From an uncultured Actinomycetota bacterium (GTDB lineage: Bacteria > Actinomycetota > Acidimicrobiia > Spongiisociales > UBA5794), in assembly GCA_963715255.1 (NCBI GenBank), contig CAVQRN010000004.1, forward strand, positions 11,614-75,613: a DNA stretch of 64,000 nucleotides, in the 5' to 3' direction. Positions 60,771-64,000 of the stretch are shown here, one piece after another. Under the pieces are notes generated by a model. The model was given only the letters and a program-made list of their open reading frames with translations. It did no database searches and was not told where the DNA came from. The first letter of the stretch is position 1, and each line of letters begins with the position of its first letter. Made by a program: the position numbers and the translations under genes.

Positions 60771-62609
60771 ATGAAAGGACCATCCGTCGTGCAGACCCCC
60801 ACACTGCTTCCGCCCACAGCCATTGTGGTGAATCGATACCACGTGGATCTGACCACTCGGGCGGTCCGATTCGAACCGGTGCAGAGTGAGGACCTCGAGG
60901 ACGCTCTCGGTGGCATTGCCCGGGCAACCAAGCTGCTCGCCGGCGTCGCCGTCGACGATCCGTACGCCCCCTCCTCGCCACTCGTCATGAACCTTGGTCT
61001 GCTGAGCGGCACCAGTGTCATGACTGGGCTACGGACGTTCTTCCATGGATACTCCCCCCTGAAGGTCTCCGACAGCGGATCCCCAGGCCTGATGTGGAGT
61101 GCCGGGAGCGGCCACTTCGGGACCAAGCTGCGAGGTCTCGGGATCGATGAGGTGATCTTCACCGGCCGGGCAGAACGGCCGACGCTGCTGCATCTCACGC
61201 CGGGCGAGGACGGCGAACCGGCGGTCTTCGAGTTCTTGGATGCGTCGGATCTCTCTCGCGCGACCGTCAATGAGCGCATCCAGGGCCTGTATGGGCGCTT
61301 CCCTCGAGCTCATTTCGCGGCGGTTGGCCCCGCTGCCGAACACTACGAGTCGGTGCGCTATGCATCGATCGCACTGTCGACCGACAACCAACTCGAGAGT
61401 GGGGACGCGAAACCGCGATTCTGCGGTCGTGGCGGCTACGGCGGGGTAATGGCGTCGAAGAATCTTGGGCGATTGCTGCCGACGGCCCCGACCCGGCTCG
61501 GACACGGGGTCTCCGGGACATCAACCGCGAAGTCAACCTCGGACCGGGCAGCGCCCGGTATCGGGATCTCGAGGACGATCGCGGCGGCACCTGGAGGACG
61601 ATGTTGTGGATGCACGACGAGCAGGCAATCCCTGAGCTCAATTATGCGCCGACGAACACCGACGCTGCTGTGGTTCTGTGCCGGCCGAGCGTGGAGGCGG
61701 GGCCGTATCAAGTCAAGGCTGAGGGCTGCTACCTCTGTGGGATTCGTTGCCACAAGAACGTCTACGACGAAGGCCAGGATGGTGAGATCGGGAAGTTCCA
61801 CCGCGAAGGTCGACTACGAGCCGATCACCCTTCTGTCGTCGAATCTGGGGATCTACGATCCAGGTGCGGCTTTCTCACTCATTCATCTTGCCGACGAACT
61901 CGGGTTGGACTCGATCTCTCTCGGCGTGACCCTCGGCTACGCGATGGACTACAACCGGCGCAACAACGGAGATCTGGTCGGGGGTCTCGAATTCGGCGAT
62001 GCCGCCGGTGTGGACCGTGCAATCCGGGCGGTCGCCAGGGGAGACCTCCCCGAGCTCGGTCAGGGAGTCAGGCGACTGGCAGACGAGACCGGCGAAGCCG
62101 GGTACGCGATGCACTCGAAGGGTGTCGAGTACCCCGCTTTCCCGCCCCACATCAATCCGGGGTTCCCTTGGGCCCTCGCCGGCGGACACATGTCGATGCG
62201 CACCTTCATGCTCTACATAAGTGAGAAACAGACGGATCTGGACTACTGGGTCAACGCCATCACCGATTCGGGTCCGTTGTACCTCATGGACGACATCACC
62301 GGCCTGTGCAAGTTCGCGAATCTCTCGCCGGAGGTCGAGGCCGAGGCGCTGCGGATCGCCAGCGGCCTCGACATCACCGCCGGCGCTCTCGTCGATGTCG
62401 TGATGAATACCCAACTCCGCGGGTACGCCAACGAGCGGCGGCAGGGATTCGACGTAGGCGACTACCGCCTCCCGGCTGAGGCACACGGGCCGCTGGGAGA
62501 CTCGGAAATCGGCGTCTTCAACACACCCGAGTTCTTCGACGAGCTTCGAGCGAAGGTGATGGAGAGGATGGATCGGCGAGCCGCGGCAGCCGGAATCGCC
62601 ACCGCGTGA
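60771..62609 (+). CDS. aldehyde:ferredoxin oxidoreductase family (tungsto/molybdopterin) enzyme, two compensating frame changes (~61470, ~61800)
   Basis: In-frame part of ORF 60411..62609 from MKGPSVVQTPTLL (ATG 60771, or GTG 60789). N-terminal AOR domain (...FCGRGGYGGVMASKNLG). The middle 110 codons are in ORF 61601.. frame (AIAADGPD...AEGCYLCGIRCHKNVY, the CxxCxxxC cluster motif). It then returns to the first frame at KVDYEPITLLSSNLG. Confidence 0.8.
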   Translation: MKGPSVVQTPTLLPPTAIVVNRYHVDLTTRAVRFEPVQSEDLEDALGGIARATKLLAGVAVDDPYAPSSPLVMNLGLLSGTSVMTGLRTFFHGYSPLKVSDSGSPGLMWSAGSGHFGTKLRGLGIDEVIFTGRAERPTLLHLTPGEDGEPAVFEFLDASDLSRATVNERIQGLYGRFPRAHFAAVGPAAEHYESVRYASIALSTDNQLESGDAKPRFCGRGGYGGVMASKNLGRLLPTAPTRLGHGVSGTSTAKSTSDRAAPGIGISRTIAAAPGGRCCGCTTSRQSLSSIMRRRTPTLLWFCAGRAWRRGRIKSRLRAATSVGFVATRTSTTKARMVRSGSSTAKVDYEPITLLSSNLGIYDPGAAFSLIHLADELGLDSISLGVTLGYAMDYNRRNNGDLVGGLEFGDAAGVDRAIRAVARGDLPELGQGVRRLADETGEAGYAMHSKGVEYPAFPPHINPGFPWALAGGHMSMRTFMLYISEKQTDLDYWVNAITDSGPLYLMDDITGLCKFANLSPEVEAEALRIASGLDITAGALVDVVMNTQLRGYANERRQGFDVGDYRLPAEAHGPLGDSEIGVFNTPEFFDELRAKVMERMDRRAAAAGIATA

Positions 62610-62638
62610 CTTCGGCGACGTGAGTAACGTCGACGTAG

Positions 62639-63505
62639 ATGAGTCTGCTCTCCTTTGCCAACGATCTCGAGGTCGATCATCCGATCATGCTTCTCGCCAT
62701 GTCCGGATGGGTCGATGCAGCGTCGGTCGGGACTGATACCATCGAGCTCATCGCCGAAGGCGGAGAGGTCGTCGCCGCCTTCGAACCCGACGAGCTCTTC
62801 GACTACCGGTCGTCCCGGCCCGTACTCCACTTCTCCTCAGGTGAACTGACCGAGATCTCGTGGCCGCGTCTCGAGATCGTGCATCGGACAATCGACGGAA
62901 TCGACCTTCTCATTGCCACGGGCAACGAGCCAGATTTTCGTTGGCAGGAGTTGACGCGCGAGTTCGTCGCGCTCACCGACCGGTACGGCGTGAGCAGGTT
63001 CATAACACTCGGTGCTGTGCCGGCCCCCGTCCCGCACACCCGCCCGATCAGGGTCGTGTGCACGACATCGAATCCCGAACTGCTCCTCGACGACGACGAG
63101 GTGTTGCCCAATGATCTCGTTGTTCCCGGCGCTGCCGTCAGCGTGCTTCGGCAAGGGATCGCAGATGCTGGAGTCCCCTCCATCGGGTATTGGGTGCAGA
63201 CTCCTCACTACCTCCAAAGCCCCTTCCATCCTGGCGTGCTGAGCCTGCTCGAGAGGGTCGGAAATCAGATCGGTGTCCCGTTCCCGATCGGTGATCTGGC
63301 GGAGAGAGCTGCCGCGCAACTCGAGGAGATCAACCGTGATCTCTCCGAGCGCTCGGATGCCAAGCAGTACGTGGAGCACCTCGAGCAGATGCAGGACCAA
63401 CAGGACGAGCCGATGCCGATCATGTCGTTCGACGATCTCCCCTCTCCGGATGAGATCGGGGCAGAAGTAGAGAAGTACTTGAGGTCAGCGTCGGACGAAG
63501 ACTGA
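62639..63505 (+). CDS. PAC2 (proteasome assembly chaperone 2-like) family protein
   Basis: 288-aa ORF with MLLAMSGWVDAASVG, DYRSSRP, GNEPDFRW and PHTRP, as I remember the actinobacterial PAC2 family. Acidic C-terminal tail. Confidence 0.8.
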   Translation: MSLLSFANDLEVDHPIMLLAMSGWVDAASVGTDTIELIAEGGEVVAAFEPDELFDYRSSRPVLHFSSGELTEISWPRLEIVHRTIDGIDLLIATGNEPDFRWQELTREFVALTDRYGVSRFITLGAVPAPVPHTRPIRVVCTTSNPELLLDDDEVLPNDLVVPGAAVSVLRQGIADAGVPSIGYWVQTPHYLQSPFHPGVLSLLERVGNQIGVPFPIGDLAERAAAQLEEINRDLSERSDAKQYVEHLEQMQDQQDEPMPIMSFDDLPSPDEIGAEVEKYLRSASDED

Positions 63506-63548
63506 GCGGACGACGAACAGCTTCGGGCCGTTGACTGCTAGCTGCTGG

Positions 63549-64000
63549 CTAGTTCCCGACTATTCCCACGAACAGCGTCAGTATTGCCAGGACTGCCGTC
63601 ACCGCGATCATTGCCCACACCGACCAGGTGAGGCCTCTGATCGATCTCATGGTGTTGTTCAGAGAAGCGATCAGGTCATCGAGACGCGGATCGGTGTTGC
63701 CGGGGGTCGTCGCTTGGGTCACCGGTGCCACGCGGGTTCGCTCTGCGAACACCGGCGCCGGTGTGGCAACGACGGGCGACTTCGATTCCGTCGATTGCTT
63801 CGTCTGCTTCGTTTGATGCGGCTGCCTCGTCGCAGCGGCGACCGGAGTGAGCACAATCTCGGCACCCTCTCCCGGATGACCGAGTTGGATCGTCGTCGGT
63901 CCCTTTATGTCGAGGGCCTGGATGCGAGCACCGTTGTGAAACGTTCCGTTGCGGCTCGACGCGTCTTGCACAACCCAGTGGGAACCGTCGTACTTGACGA
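63549..64000 (-). CDS. FHA-domain protein with C-terminal transmembrane anchor, partial (N-terminus beyond the right edge)
   Basis: The reading frame is open to the window end: ...VKYDGSHWVVQDASSRNGTFHNGARI... (FHA core). A Pro/Thr/Gln-rich linker and terminal helix WSVWAMIAVTAVLAILTLFVGIVG follow. Confidence 0.75.
   Translation of the reverse strand, partial: VKYDGSHWVVQDASSRNGTFHNGARIQALDIKGPTTIQLGHPGEGAEIVLTPVAAATRQPHQTKQTKQSTESKSPVVATPAPVFAERTRVAPVTQATTPGNTDPRLDDLIASLNNTMRSIRGLTWSVWAMIAVTAVLAILTLFVGIVGN

Overview
High-GC chromosomal segment (GC not computed) with clear actinobacterial signatures: a dnaK-grpE-dnaJ-hspR operon, the proteasome accessory genes bpa and PAC2, a DUF222/HNH 13E12-type element, and lipobox-like secreted proteins. 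I recognise about 56 protein-coding genes and no rRNA, tRNA or CRISPR array. From left to right the content is:
- MFS transporter (partial), fadB/fadA beta-oxidation pair, a group-2-like sigma factor, and an orphan VapB-type antitoxin with a truncated PIN remnant.
- A tightly packed minus-strand array: class-V PLP enzyme, GH1 beta-glucosidase, DUF3160 lipoprotein, CapA/FG-GAP lipoprotein, amidohydrolase.
- The heat-shock operon, facing a CsoR/CstR-like repressor with a perfect operator and two rhodaneses.
- Hydrolase, LLM oxidoreductase, a TetR/acyl-CoA dehydrogenase divergon, and a PLDc_N-SHOCT membrane protein.
- A 15-kb co-directional plus-strand array: nitroreductase, murI, macro domain, proC coupled to proline dehydrogenase, membrane protein, pspA, PFOR coupled to a DHOD-like flavoprotein, fhs, a NarI-like/HdrD-like membrane Fe-S protein, DUF456.
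- A maltodextrin-type ABC operon with lacI-type regulator and glgA.
- The HNH element, a GH13 amylase-family enzyme, an orphan NuoF-like flavoprotein, DrrAB-like ABC exporter plus TetR, aldo-keto reductase, pheA.
- An orphan SPPY DNA methyltransferase, nhaA, a CaCA antiporter, a penicillin-acylase-family enzyme, then bpa, tungsten-type AOR, PAC2 and an FHA protein (partial).

The dominant technical observation is at least 25 places where conserved protein sequence continues in another reading frame (single-base indels). About half are concentrated in the mal/lacI/glgA locus. From sequence alone this could be assembly error or real gene decay.

The most interesting biology, in my judgement:
- PFOR translationally coupled to a DHOD-like protein, within an anaerobic-type redox cluster.
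- The CstR-like persulfide-sensor module.
- The proC-PRODH coupling.
- The DUF3160 + CapA/FG-GAP lipoprotein pair.
- The bpa/PAC2 pair flanking the AOR gene.

All product calls rest on my reading of the translated ORFs. No database search was run.
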